DNA of 64,000 bases. Source: Leptolyngbyaceae cyanobacterium (GTDB taxonomy: Bacteria > Cyanobacteriota > Cyanobacteriia > Phormidesmidales > Phormidesmidaceae). The stretch spans positions 38,312-102,311 of the forward strand of contig CBDHHL010000014.1 in NCBI GenBank assembly GCA_965263355.1. The letters run 5' to 3'. Both the position numbers and the translations under genes were made by a program. Under the pieces are notes generated by a model, which did no database searches, had not been told where the DNA came from, and saw only the letters and a program-made list of their open reading frames with translations. This document shows, in pieces, positions 20,296 to 29,407 of the stretch (positions within the stretch are counted from its first letter, which is position 1; each line of letters starts with the position of its first letter).

Positions 20296-20687
20296 CAGAA
20301 CACCTCCCGTAATTGCTGAGCCAGGACAGCAGCCAAGTCATATTGTTCTACTGTCTGTAATACTGGATTACGAGCGGGATACGTTGAGCCGCTACGAGTC
20401 GTGAACCCGTTAAATACAAATACTGAATGTTGAGCAGTCCATTCAAATAAAATAGTCAATTGGGAAGGGAAACTATATTGCTGCGAGTCCCTAAATTCCC
20501 CCAAGTCCACAATATTTCTAGGGCTAAAAACTTCCTCACCAGACTTCCGTTTAGTGAACCCTGGCCATGGATACAACGGTTGCTCAATTGATTCAGTTAG
20601 CAACCTATCCATATCTACAGCAAAACCTCGTAGCCCCCTATCAAGGCCACGATTAAACGCTGTTCTGTCAAAATTTAGGACTGCCAT
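20295..20687 (-). CDS. Tail completion/neck protein (HK97 gp10-like)
   Basis: PRNIVDLGEFRDS and YPARNP motifs. Confidence 0.65.
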   Translation of the reverse strand: MAVLNFDRTAFNRGLDRGLRGFAVDMDRLLTESIEQPLYPWPGFTKRKSGEEVFSPRNIVDLGEFRDSQQYSFPSQLTILFEWTAQHSVFVFNGFTTRSGSTYPARNPVLQTVEQYDLAAVLAQQLREVF

Positions 20688-20751
20688 AACTGCAGCCTAC
20701 AGTCATTTTTGGCAATATGTTAAAATTTCCAAGATACTTGGAAAACGTTGC

Positions 20752-21084
20752 ATGCCTGGAGAAATAAGAGCTGGCGGTTTATCTGAAGAAACTTTGAAGC
20801 GGTTTTCAGAGTTAAAAGATTACTTTGGGGTCAATACTCAGACCGGGACCATGGATCTTATGGTCAATATCTTGCATCTTCATTTATTAGGCAGCAGTCG
20901 TGTAGCGTTGTTTAGAAAAGCTGCCAAGTTAGTCAGTGCCAATGAGCGATTAAACCGGGAATTGCAGCCTAGTGAAGTGCAACGGGTTTCTATTCAAAAA
21001 GGCTTAGTGCTTGTTTGGGCTAGGCATCAAGGCGAGCCGTATAAAATCTCTGAAGAAGTTTGGGAGCAGGGAATAAATGAATGA
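20752..21084 (+). CDS. Putative small regulator in opposite orientation within the tail operon
   Basis: ATG 20752 follows the palindrome TTTCCAAG-ATA-CTTGGAAA (20726-20744); RHH-like N-terminus. Confidence 0.5.
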   Translation: MPGEIRAGGLSEETLKRFSELKDYFGVNTQTGTMDLMVNILHLHLLGSSRVALFRKAAKLVSANERLNRELQPSEVQRVSIQKGLVLVWARHQGEPYKISEEVWEQGINE

Positions 21085-21085
21085 A

Positions 21086-22456
21086 CTACCCCACCGTGTA
21101 GACGGATGGGGTTTCAACACTCCCCATCTTGCGGTGAGATTTCTGTCTCTTCGCCTGTCCCAGTTGCTTCATTCCTCCCGTATGTTTACGGTTTTCAGAA
21201 GTAGAGCTGAGACATCCAAGACTAACGAGGCTGAAATTTCCTAACCCCGGTTGATTGTTGGTCGCAACGTTGTACATCACCACAACTGAGCCACGGTCAC
21301 GGGGGATCTCAAAGCCGCATCCATCGCAGATGTGATAGCGGTTACTGAGTTCTGCCCAGTGTTTATGCACCTTGCCGCAGTTGGGGCAGCGTTGCGAAGG
21401 TTTGACCTTTTTGGTCGGCAAAAACAGGACTAAGCCCCCTTTTTGCTCAATCTTGTACGTCACCATTTTGTTGATGGTGCCAAAGCCAACAGATAGGATC
21501 TCGCGGTTGAGTCCAGCTTTCTGGCGTTTCCGCTTACTCCCCTTTTTGGCCTTTCGGGTCATCCCTTTAGTGTTGAGCTTTTCGGTAACGCCGATGTCAT
21601 AACGACTTGCAATGTCTGACGTTACCTTGTGCTGCCAGTCCTTACGCTGACGGGCAGCCTTAGCCTTCAACTTAGCCTCACGTCGATTCGCCTTCTTCCA
21701 TCGACGTGAGGCTTTTTGACCCTTTACAGGGTTACGCTTTCGGCGTTTAGTCTTAGCGACTTTCCGAACTTTTTTATTTGTCTCTCTACTAAACCTGGGA
21801 TTCTCCAGCTCGGCAAACTCCGAACCGTCAAACAGGGTCAGGGCTGTTTCTGTTCCCAGATCATAGGCAACCATCGACTCATACGCCAAGTCAGACTCAG
21901 ATCCAAATTGAACGACCGGATCTGCAACGTTGACCGTAATCGAGGCATACCAGGCTTTTTGACCAGGCTTGTAAATAATGGTGCATGTTGTCGGCACACC
22001 CCATTGCTTAGCCTTGCCGCGCATCTTGATCTTGATGCCCAACAGCTCTAAATACCCGTGTGTACCTTCAGTGTGGGCAATCCAGCCAGACTTAGCCGGA
22101 TAGGTCCACCCTGAGTACTTACGAATCGACTTGAACTTAGGCAAACCGCCTAAGCCTTTGAAAAACCGCTGATAAGCAAAATCAACACGCTTAAGTGTTG
22201 CCTGGATAGCTTGAGAGCCTAACGCCTTGAACTCTGGCCATTCAACCTTGAAGTCTGGCAAACAGTTCTGTTGAGCAAAGTAGTCAACAGAGATCCCCCA
22301 TTGCTTCCACATTGTTTTTCGCTCAGACACGGCAGCATTGTACAGATAGCAATGCAATCGACGTGCATCAAACAAAGCCCGCTCTTGAGCCTTGTTTGGA
22401 TACAGTCGAAATGTCTGCCGCCTTACTGCCATAAATAAATAGAGCGCAAAAAACAA
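21086..22456 (-). CDS. tnpB: RNA-guided endonuclease TnpB
   Basis: FRLYPN N-terminus, RuvC YDLG / TEKL / RD and CPNC-CDGC zinc finger; likely start ATG 22432. Confidence 0.92.
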   Translation of the reverse strand: MFFALYLFMAVRRQTFRLYPNKAQERALFDARRLHCYLYNAAVSERKTMWKQWGISVDYFAQQNCLPDFKVEWPEFKALGSQAIQATLKRVDFAYQRFFKGLGGLPKFKSIRKYSGWTYPAKSGWIAHTEGTHGYLELLGIKIKMRGKAKQWGVPTTCTIIYKPGQKAWYASITVNVADPVVQFGSESDLAYESMVAYDLGTETALTLFDGSEFAELENPRFSRETNKKVRKVAKTKRRKRNPVKGQKASRRWKKANRREAKLKAKAARQRKDWQHKVTSDIASRYDIGVTEKLNTKGMTRKAKKGSKRKRQKAGLNREILSVGFGTINKMVTYKIEQKGGLVLFLPTKKVKPSQRCPNCGKVHKHWAELSNRYHICDGCGFEIPRDRGSVVVMYNVATNNQPGLGNFSLVSLGCLSSTSENRKHTGGMKQLGQAKRQKSHRKMGSVETPSVYTVG

Positions 22457-22530
22457 AATCAGTTGATAGTTGCTGATACAGCTAAGTTAACATAGAATCA
22501 GGGGAATGAGTAGAAATCAGTAAAAGTGCT

Positions 22531-22950
22531 ATGAAATCTGGCTCACATGTCGTTTATGACATTCACCTGCATATTGTGTTTATCACTAAATATCGTCGCC
22601 AAGTGCTTACACAGCCCATGCTTGAGAGGATGTCTGAGGTTGTTAAGCGTGTCTTGGAGTCTAACCGGTGTGAGCTATCAGAGCTGAACGGGGAACCGGA
22701 TCATGTCCATCTGCTGGTGGACATGCACCCGGATAACAACATTTCTAATCTGGTCTCATCCCTGAAATCGGCTACCAGCCGCATTCTTAGAAAGGATTTC
22801 AAGGATGAAATAGACAAAGTTTATTGGGGCAAGGCCAAGCTGTGGCACGATGCAAAATGCATTGTCAGCTGTGGCGGTGCCCCCCTAGAAAAAGTCAAAC
22901 AGTACATTCAGGAACAAAGCGGCGGGAGAGTGCCTAGCTCTACTTCGTGA
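22531..22950 (+). CDS. tnpA: IS200/IS605 Y1 (HUH) transposase
   Basis: HIVFITKYRR, DHVHLL HUH motif and YIQEQ catalytic Tyr. Confidence 0.95.
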   Translation: MKSGSHVVYDIHLHIVFITKYRRQVLTQPMLERMSEVVKRVLESNRCELSELNGEPDHVHLLVDMHPDNNISNLVSSLKSATSRILRKDFKDEIDKVYWGKAKLWHDAKCIVSCGGAPLEKVKQYIQEQSGGRVPSSTS

Positions 22951-23010
22951 CGCTAGACGCGCTATCCATCCCCACCGTGTAGACGGATAGGGAATTCCGC
23001 TTATTTGTTA

Positions 23011-23315
23011 ATGAGGTTAGACTTCCTTTCTTAACAGGGTGGGGGCTTTATTCGACATACCAAATGCGCCGATATATAACCGCACTATTCCATGGAGGCG
23101 CTGATCACTGTGAGCTGGACACCGATCCAAGCATTTTACTACCGAGCTATGAAATTCGACTGGCTTTTGACTATGGTCCTTCTGGAGTGATGAAGGATCT
23201 TGGGCGATGCGAGGGAGATCATTTAGTGATGACCTTTGACTATGTAATCTTTTCTAGCCAATTTGCTAGCGCCCCACTACATGAACTAGGTCAAAAAATT
23301 TGTATGCTCAGCTAG
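23011..23315 (+). pseudogene. Gene separated from its start codon by the IS605 insertion
   Basis: Joining 21080 to 23011 gives ATG AAT GAG GTT..., in frame with ORF 23064..23315 (102 aa). Confidence 0.6.
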
Positions 23316-23712
23316 CTGTCCATCTTGCAATAAACCGTTCGCCAATGCCAGGGGCCGCATCAGCGATCGCGAGCGGTTGAATGAGCACTTCAACTTTGCC
23401 GCTAATGCCGTTTAATTCCATCGTCCCAGTCGGTGGTTCAGGCCATCCCCTAAGATTATTAGGAAATAAATACTCAGTCGGTGCTGCTTCAGTGCCGCAC
23501 CAACCAAGTAGCATCACACTATTATTATTGGGTCCTTCGAACGCGCTAGTGTTGAACTGGCTTGCTCTATTTTGAGTCGCTACTTTTACCCGACATGGCA
23601 CCGTGACAGCGGTTAGGCCATCAGCGGAGCCACCCTCAAAATCATCAGTTATACCAGTGGGTAGTTGGAAAATAATAGAAGTTGGGTATAGGCCGAAGTT
23701 AGTGATTGCCAT
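23308..23712 (-). CDS. Putative head-closure/neck protein
   Basis: 134 aa, beta-rich; first gene of the neck-tail series once the inserted operon and IS are removed. Confidence 0.45.
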   Translation of the reverse strand: MAITNFGLYPTSIIFQLPTGITDDFEGGSADGLTAVTVPCRVKVATQNRASQFNTSAFEGPNNNSVMLLGWCGTEAAPTEYLFPNNLRGWPEPPTGTMELNGISGKVEVLIQPLAIADAAPGIGERFIARWTAS

Positions 23713-24257
23713 TATCGATTTTTAGCCAAAATATCAACCCCCCCAAACATGCCAGACTTAGCCACAGTTTGACCAGCTTGTGTTTTGAAAACTAACACCG
23801 ATGTGCAATCGCAAGTTTTATCAGAAACATTTTTAAGATTCAGAATCATTTCTGACAACTGCAAGTCACTTTGGGCAAACAATGCAGCAGTGCCGGTAAT
23901 CGAAACCACTGGGCGCACTGTATCTACTCGAATATCTTTGATGGCAAGACCGTTAGGATCAACAACTCCAACTATATCCTTAAATGACTTGATTTCAGCT
24001 GGGTCAAACCCTTTCTTGTCTTGATTAGCAGCTTCAACTACAGCATCTATCTCTGCTTGATATTTTTCAGGATTCGCCTGACGCTCTAACCAAGCCTGAT
24101 GGATTTTTTCTCGTCTAGCGTCTGCCTGGACTTTTTGTGTGACTACGGTGCCCACAGTCAAGCCAATGGCACCGACTGTGCAAGCGATCGCAATTAAAGC
24201 ATTCTTGTTCATTGCCATTATCTCCTTAAAAAAATAATCAAAACTACCGTACTCCAC
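23712..24257 (-). CDS. Membrane-anchored hypothetical protein
   Basis: N-terminal TM helix; probable start at 24218 after AAGGAG. Confidence 0.55.
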   Translation of the reverse strand: MEYGSFDYFFKEIMAMNKNALIAIACTVGAIGLTVGTVVTQKVQADARREKIHQAWLERQANPEKYQAEIDAVVEAANQDKKGFDPAEIKSFKDIVGVVDPNGLAIKDIRVDTVRPVVSITGTAALFAQSDLQLSEMILNLKNVSDKTCDCTSVLVFKTQAGQTVAKSGMFGGVDILAKNR

Positions 24258-24684
24258 CTTCTACCTCACTAGTGCTAGTGCCAGGAGTCACATTAAACGT
24301 AATCTCCGTTCTACGGTTTCCACGCTCATATGTTACTGCGGGCAATGATGCTTCCCGCCCATCTTCATACTGTAAATACGGAACTACGCGATCACCTGGT
24401 TCAGCAGCCCTTGAAAAACTAACCGTCCCAGTAGCTGTCCAATTGGTTCTGTTAATGCGACGGACTTGGAAGGTGGCTTTAGGCGATTCTGTGGCAACTT
24501 CCACTGCGGGTAGTTCAGGTGATCGTCTGGCCGCGATCGTTACTGGCTGCTCAGATGCTGGACACATATGGGACAGGTCAGTAATGTCTCCGTCTTCAGT
24601 CATGCTGTAGCAGACGGGTAACGCGTTGGCCGTAGTGGCCATGGACAGGGTGAAAGCGATCGCTGCTGTGATTAGTTTTTTCAT
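24244..24684 (-). CDS. Secreted protein with a cyanobacterial-type CY...G...DL..MC motif
   Basis: Signal peptide MKKLITAAIAFTLSMATTANA. Confidence 0.6.
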   Translation of the reverse strand: MKKLITAAIAFTLSMATTANALPVCYSMTEDGDITDLSHMCPASEQPVTIAARRSPELPAVEVATESPKATFQVRRINRTNWTATGTVSFSRAAEPGDRVVPYLQYEDGREASLPAVTYERGNRRTEITFNVTPGTSTSEVEGGVR

Positions 24685-24987
24685 TTTTCTTTTCAGTGTA
24701 ATGTAATTATTTTTACAGTTGAAATTGTTTGAAATCAGGGGAGCCCGAACGTTTTCTCTGTTTTGATTAATTCGCCTGAATGATCAAAGGTTCTTTTGAT
24801 GGTGTAATGACCATGATTCGTTTCGACGACTTGCAAACCACCTTTGATGTATTCAAAAGTATTTGAATCTTCATACCAATCCATTGCTAACAGCCTCGCG
24901 GTTGTTTCCTCGACAACCTGCAATCCGTATTCACTCAGAACGACTTTAGCCCGCCAAAGTTGATCCGGCTCAGTCAGAAACCATAAG

Positions 24988-26269
24988 CCTGCTTCATAAA
25001 ACCTATACAAACCTAGACATCTAGGATTAGTTGTTTACTAAACGCTTCAACTACAGGCGTCGGCGCTACTGTATCCACGTTTCTTAAAGAACTCAAGCCG
25101 AGTCCTATTTTCAGAATATTTAGAGCTGCATTAAAATCTCTGTCCAGCTTTGAACCGCAATTTTTACAGTCAAATATTCTATCCTTTAGAGTTAAATCTT
25201 CTTTTTTCCATCCGCATTGAGAACATGTTTTTGAACTTGGTTCCCAGCGCGAAATAAAGACCAATTCAGACTCATAAAGCTTGCATTTGTATTCAAGTTG
25301 GCGTCTGAATTCATGCCACCCCATCAAACTAATGGCACCTGCTAATTTATGATTTGCCATCATGCCTTTAATATTCAAATCTTCTAGGCATATGACAGAA
25401 AAGTTTTTAGCTAAATAGGTTGTTGATTTATGCAAAAAATCAAGCCTTATGCACTTTGCTTTATAGTGCAATTTTTGAATTTTTTGCATAGCTTTTTGCC
25501 ATCGGGTGGAACCTTTTGTTTTGTTCCTGGCTACGTATTGAAGCTTAGCTATTTTTGCCTTGATCCTTTTGTATTCAGTTATTGGAGCTTCTAAGATTTC
25601 ACCATTAGACAATGTTCCAAAAGTTTTTAGCCCTAAGTCGATCCCTACAGCAAGCTTGGTTTTTGCTTGTTGAATAGGTTCAACTTCTAGCCGAAAACTA
25701 ACAAACCATTTTGAACCGTCCCTAGAGATAGTTGCATTTTTAGGCTTAAACCCATTTGGCAGTTCTTCAAACGTTTTTACCCAACCAATGCGTGGTAACT
25801 TTATGGCTTTTTGCTGGCATGAAATACTGCCATCTAAGGTGAACGTATCACGGCATTTTCCTTTTTTCTTGAATTTTGGTGGACCTGAAATTTTCTTGAA
25901 ACACCTATCCCATGAGACACGTAAAGATCGTATAGCGTTTTGATGAGCAGCTTTACTGCATTCGTAATACCAAGGATTAGCCTTTTTGATTTCTCTACAA
26001 TGCCATTTATTTAGGTCAATTGCAGACGGGAATTTAACTTTTTGATCTGACTCTCCCAGCGACTTAGCTAATCTGTTGATATCTAAAATTAACTTTGTAT
26101 GGGCTAAAGCATGGTTCCAAGCATGACGAGCAATGCCACAATGCTTTTTGAAAGCTGTGATTTGCTTGTTGTTTGGTTTTAATTCAGTCTTAAATCCAAT
26201 CAGCATTGTGAACATTCTGTATAGATTTGTCTAGCTTTTCTCAGGTTTTAGGCTTCTAGAATTTCCTCC
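24988..26269 (-). mobile_element. Non-autonomous IS607-like tnpB element
   Basis: GG at both junctions; short TGT(A/C)TAG-type repeats at both ends in inverted arrangement; no transposase gene. Confidence 0.7.
25013..26215 (-). CDS. tnpB: RNA-guided endonuclease TnpB (IS607-type)
   Basis: GFKTELKPNNKQ, GIDLGLK, LEDL, CSQC/CKNC and DRDFNAA motifs. Confidence 0.92.
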   Translation of the reverse strand: MFTMLIGFKTELKPNNKQITAFKKHCGIARHAWNHALAHTKLILDINRLAKSLGESDQKVKFPSAIDLNKWHCREIKKANPWYYECSKAAHQNAIRSLRVSWDRCFKKISGPPKFKKKGKCRDTFTLDGSISCQQKAIKLPRIGWVKTFEELPNGFKPKNATISRDGSKWFVSFRLEVEPIQQAKTKLAVGIDLGLKTFGTLSNGEILEAPITEYKRIKAKIAKLQYVARNKTKGSTRWQKAMQKIQKLHYKAKCIRLDFLHKSTTYLAKNFSVICLEDLNIKGMMANHKLAGAISLMGWHEFRRQLEYKCKLYESELVFISRWEPSSKTCSQCGWKKEDLTLKDRIFDCKNCGSKLDRDFNAALNILKIGLGLSSLRNVDTVAPTPVVEAFSKQLILDV

Positions 26270-26360
26270 AACGTCAATGCCGCACTCAAACCCTCGCTGC
26301 TTTAGCTGGTCTAAAGCGGCGCGATCGTTTTTGTAGTCGCCTGTGGCATCAGCTTTATAT

Positions 26361-26591
26361 TCAGTCATCGTTAAGTTCAAACGCAAAACCATCAACTGAG
26401 AATTCACCGTTACTTTCGATTGCCTTGTGCTTGATTAACACAGGCTCTCTCGCTGGCCACTGCGCCACATGAGCGTAGTAGACGTACCATTCACCATCGC
26501 TATGGATGGTGTCAATCTGCCAAGGCCGACGCTGGAAATAGGTGGCAGCTGCACGGGTGATGCGGCCTTGCAATTCAGGTGAGTTATTCAT
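26361..26591 (-). CDS. Hypothetical protein, paralogue of 7703..7927
   Basis: Clear sequence similarity to 7703..7927. Confidence 0.65.
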   Translation of the reverse strand: MNNSPELQGRITRAAATYFQRRPWQIDTIHSDGEWYVYYAHVAQWPAREPVLIKHKAIESNGEFSVDGFAFELNDD

Positions 26592-26598
26592 TCTTCTG

Positions 26599-26986
26599 CG
26601 TTATCAACATCACAGGCAGTTTAACGCCATGCCTAGGGCAAGTAAATTAATATTCCCAAGCCAAGGTTTTTAATGGATTGTCGTGATTCTCTCCATCGCC
26701 ATTATCACGAACACCGTTTTTCAAGGACACAACTTGCCCATAATCGCCAACCCAAACAATGTCATTGACATCCCATCCATAAGCTTTAGCTACAATCTCG
26801 GTTTTTTCAAGTAACTCTTCATCTGTGAAATAAAATACCTTTGGAATCCAAGTGAGGCCTCCATTACACACAAATGGAAAGTTTTTAACTGCCGTATTTG
26901 TCGGCACATGAACAGGTCTAAAATATTGGCCCATGGTCTTTTCTCCGTTATCAACATCACAGGCAGTTTAACGCCATGCCTAGGGC
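26599..26986. repeat. 41-bp perfect direct repeat (26599-26639 and 26946-26986)
   Basis: CGTTATCAACATCACAGGCAGTTTAACGCCATGCCTAGGGC occurs twice, each copy just upstream of a minus-strand start. Confidence 0.9.
26647..26934 (-). CDS. Hypothetical protein between the 41-bp repeats
   Basis: MGQYF... with an IVWVGDYG motif; GGAG RBS. Confidence 0.6.
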   Translation of the reverse strand: MGQYFRPVHVPTNTAVKNFPFVCNGGLTWIPKVFYFTDEELLEKTEIVAKAYGWDVNDIVWVGDYGQVVSLKNGVRDNGDGENHDNPLKTLAWEY

Positions 26987-26995
26987 GACTTGAAA

Positions 26996-27178
26996 CTATT
27001 GAGGCACCGTTAATGCTGCCCAGTGGGTTATTCCCATGTCATCCAAACTTCTCATTGTATTGGCATCCTCCCAGACCCCATCAATGTAGCTGGCAACAAA
27101 GTAACCGTGGTCAAGCGAATATACTAATATTGGTGCCCATTCATCGGGCTTATGATCGCCAACACTAATCCAATTCAT
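26996..27178 (-). CDS. DUF551-like phage protein
   Basis: MNWISVGD.KP...ILVY...ITHWAAL..P pattern. Confidence 0.65.
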   Translation of the reverse strand: MNWISVGDHKPDEWAPILVYSLDHGYFVASYIDGVWEDANTMRSLDDMGITHWAALTVPQ

Positions 27179-27379
27179 GATTTTTTCTCCTTTCTCGTTT
27201 TTTGAAAACAAACTACATTAAAGCTACATTTGCCGTGAAGAGAAGCAAAAGGTAGCCAATGATATAAAGATTATCCATTGATCTTCCTCAAAAAAAACTC
27301 CCCTCTGTCTTGACTAGGCTTGGGACTAGCACGCAGCTTCAGCGTGGCGACATTAGAGCGGGGCAATTGCCCCTAGTAA

Positions 27380-27553
27380 TTAAAACTCGACTATGTAATC
27401 AGCTCCGATTACGTCAAGCTCAGGAGGTATAGCACTGCCGTAATTCTTGGCTCGATACGCCTCATAAGCCTCATGGTGAGACGCTGCAGTGATCAGCGCT
27501 AAAACCTCATCTCTACCGTAGACTGTGATCGCGAATAGCATAAATTTCTTCAT
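27380..27553 (-). CDS. Hypothetical protein
   Basis: MKKFMLF start lies downstream of the promoter at 27570-27598. Confidence 0.5.
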   Translation of the reverse strand: MKKFMLFAITVYGRDEVLALITAASHHEAYEAYRAKNYGSAIPPELDVIGADYIVEF

Positions 27554-27569
27554 CCGTTTCAACAATCCC

Positions 27570-27612
27570 AATATAACGAACCTCTTTTCAGATGTCAAGT
27601 GTTTTCTTGACA
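27570..27612 (-). promoter_or_regulatory. Promoter TTGACA-N17-TATATT overlapped by the palindrome TGTCAAG-N6-CTTGACA
   Basis: Palindrome at 27593-27612; related copies at 28065-28084 and 30942-30961. Confidence 0.7.
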
Positions 27613-27651
27613 AAAAAGAACCCCGCTAGCCGGGGTATGGTTAGCGGGGTT
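27612..27651 (-). terminator. Rho-independent terminator
   Basis: AACCCCGCTAGCC...GGTTAGCGGGGTT stem with an A run on its left. Confidence 0.6.
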
Positions 27652-27659
27652 AGACGTCG

Positions 27660-27944
27660 CTATATTTTAACGATGTCATCGGGGAAAACCTCAGTAACTT
27701 CTAAGCCATTTGCAAACTCGCCGTTATCGTCAGCAACGATTGGCGCGATTTTCATGAAGTTGCGGTTGCTGTCAACTACAACAAAAGTTGACTTAGCAAG
27801 CGTTTCTCCGTAGAAAAAGGTTGCGTCTTCGACGTCCGCAAAACGATATCTCGGCAATGGATATCCATCAGCGTTTGTCAAGGGCTTACGAGCGTTAGCG
27901 TTTTCAATTGCCTTACAAAATGCAGTGCCAGATAAAACAGCCAT
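27660..27944 (-). CDS. Hypothetical protein
   Basis: AAGGAG RBS; 94 aa. Confidence 0.6.
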   Translation of the reverse strand: MAVLSGTAFCKAIENANARKPLTNADGYPLPRYRFADVEDATFFYGETLAKSTFVVVDSNRNFMKIAPIVADDNGEFANGLEVTEVFPDDIVKI

Positions 27945-28040
27945 GAACGTTTCTCCTTAATATATTTGCTAGCGGTTGGCGACTAAGTTCTTCTAGGAAG
28001 TTTGCGCTTAGCGGTTACCCGTTTCGCTTTGTTACTAACA

Positions 28041-28084
28041 AGTATGCCTTTTTTTGTTTTCAGATGTCAAGTGTTTTCCTGACT
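28041..28084 (-). promoter_or_regulatory. Promoter TTGACA-N18-CATACT with an operator copy
   Basis: TGTCAAGTGTTTTCCTGACT at 28065-28084. Confidence 0.65.
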
Positions 28085-28140
28085 ATTTGCAAAATTAATT
28101 TTGCTTTGCTATAGTCCAGATGTAAGTAATAGGCTTGACT

Positions 28141-28407
28141 ATGAAACTAAGTGAATTCCTTGAATCACTACCAAACATGCTGATTGAATGGAGGGAAATA
28201 GAATTCCCGGTTGACGCAGACGCAGCTAGAGCGCTAAACCTCACCAGGCAGGGCTTTGCCGCCAAAGAAGCCAAGCTTCCCAATGCCCGGTTTAGCTCAA
28301 TATTAAAGTTTGTTCATATGCTGGAAAAGCAGTCCAATGATAGTCCAGAAGTGATTATAATGCCAGCAAAAGGCTTTACACAAAAGACTTCTAACGATGT
28401 TGATTAG
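28141..28407 (+). CDS. Putative HTH repressor divergent from the operator-bearing promoters
   Basis: DADAARALNLTRQGF HTH-like segment. Confidence 0.5.
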   Translation: MKLSEFLESLPNMLIEWREIEFPVDADAARALNLTRQGFAAKEAKLPNARFSSILKFVHMLEKQSNDSPEVIIMPAKGFTQKTSNDVD

Positions 28408-28461
28408 TTGCCCTGGACGCAGCTAGTCAAGAAAAGAAAAATACTTAGGAGAAAAACAACG

Positions 28462-28752
28462 ATGAAAAGAAAATTCTACGTATTTAATAGCCAGGAAGCC
28501 GTTACAGAGCATTGTAAAGCCGTAAAAACACTCAGTGATTTACAGCAGCTTAAATACGATATCGAGTCGGCAAACTGCAACCTGACAAACTTTCTCGATG
28601 GCAACACAGGGGTTTATGCAGTGGAGCACTACGGCCATGTGTCGACTAGGTGGGTGTTTTTAACCCAAAAGGCTTATCAAAAACTTGGCGGTTTCCTGAC
28701 TGACCATGAAAAAGAGCAATTAAACGGATACACCGTCTTAGACGCAGATTAA
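28462..28752 (+). CDS. Hypothetical protein
   Basis: AGGAG RBS before ATG 28462. Confidence 0.55.
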   Translation: MKRKFYVFNSQEAVTEHCKAVKTLSDLQQLKYDIESANCNLTNFLDGNTGVYAVEHYGHVSTRWVFLTQKAYQKLGGFLTDHEKEQLNGYTVLDAD

Positions 28753-28761
28753 GGAGAAAAA

Positions 28762-29040
28762 ATGGAATTTCCTAGATGTAAAACCTGCGATTATTGGACA
28801 CTTGACGGTCAATCGTCTCGAGACTCATCTATGTGGGAGCCAATGAACCCCGATTTAACACCCATGGATATTGGGTACGAAGTGAGGTCTTGCCAGCATC
28901 CCGAGAAAACGTTTGCAGAGCTGCCCTTAGGTGCGTCAGGGTTCGGCTTGATCGATGGTTCAGAGTACTATGCAGAACTGTTTACTGCTGAAAATTTTGG
29001 GTGCGTTAGGCATTCTGGGCAAGGAAAGAAAAATACTTAG
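28762..29040 (+). CDS. Cys-rich phage protein
   Basis: CKTC...C...FGCVRH pattern; AAGGAG RBS. Confidence 0.6.
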   Translation: MEFPRCKTCDYWTLDGQSSRDSSMWEPMNPDLTPMDIGYEVRSCQHPEKTFAELPLGASGFGLIDGSEYYAELFTAENFGCVRHSGQGKKNT

Positions 29041-29047
29041 GAGAAAA

Positions 29048-29272
29048 ATGGAAATGAAAAGAGAACATTATTATGTTTTTTGGGTTACCAATGAGCAAAA
29101 CGAAAGGTCGGTTGTTGCAAGCCCCCAGCCTGATTGGGTTAAGTCAGCAGACCAATTGTATGCATGGCTAAATGGGCTAGGGCGTGTTCCGAATTCTCCC
29201 TATACTTCAGCCATGGCGGATAGCCCAAGAGAGGCAAGATTGAAGGGGCGACGGGCAATTACTGAAAATTAG
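29048..29272 (+). CDS. Hypothetical protein
   Basis: AGGAG RBS before ATG 29048. Confidence 0.5.
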   Translation: MEMKREHYYVFWVTNEQNERSVVASPQPDWVKSADQLYAWLNGLGRVPNSPYTSAMADSPREARLKGRRAITEN

Positions 29273-29407
29273 TTTACTGGGCGCGATCGCAAGGCAAAAA
29301 ACGTCGAGCCTAAAAGCTTGGCGGTTTGTCTTTTTATCCATACATATATACACACACAATTAATTAAGTGTGTGCTAAATTAAAAGAGTAGTTGAGCAGC
29401 TAAGGCC

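Larger units (their letters stand above)
21081..23010 (-). mobile_element. IS200/IS605-family element (IS605 type, divergent tnpA and tnpB)
   Basis: Near-identical subterminal hairpins CCCCACCGTGTAGACGGAT(G/A)GGG at 21089-21111 and 22970-22992; TCAT at both junctions on the minus strand. Confidence 0.9.
24735..26368 (-). pseudogene. About 117-aa phage gene split by the IS607-like element
   Basis: 26368..26268 (MTEYKADATG...GIDV-GG) joins 24987..24735 (C TTA TGG...) in frame: GIDVGLWFLTEP. Confidence 0.7.

Noticed and set aside
26599..26986. 41-bp (and 45-bp at 58.5/59.4 kb) repeats as CRISPR or att sites
   Set aside because: Only two copies each, separated by whole genes, positioned as gene leaders, with no integrase in the window.
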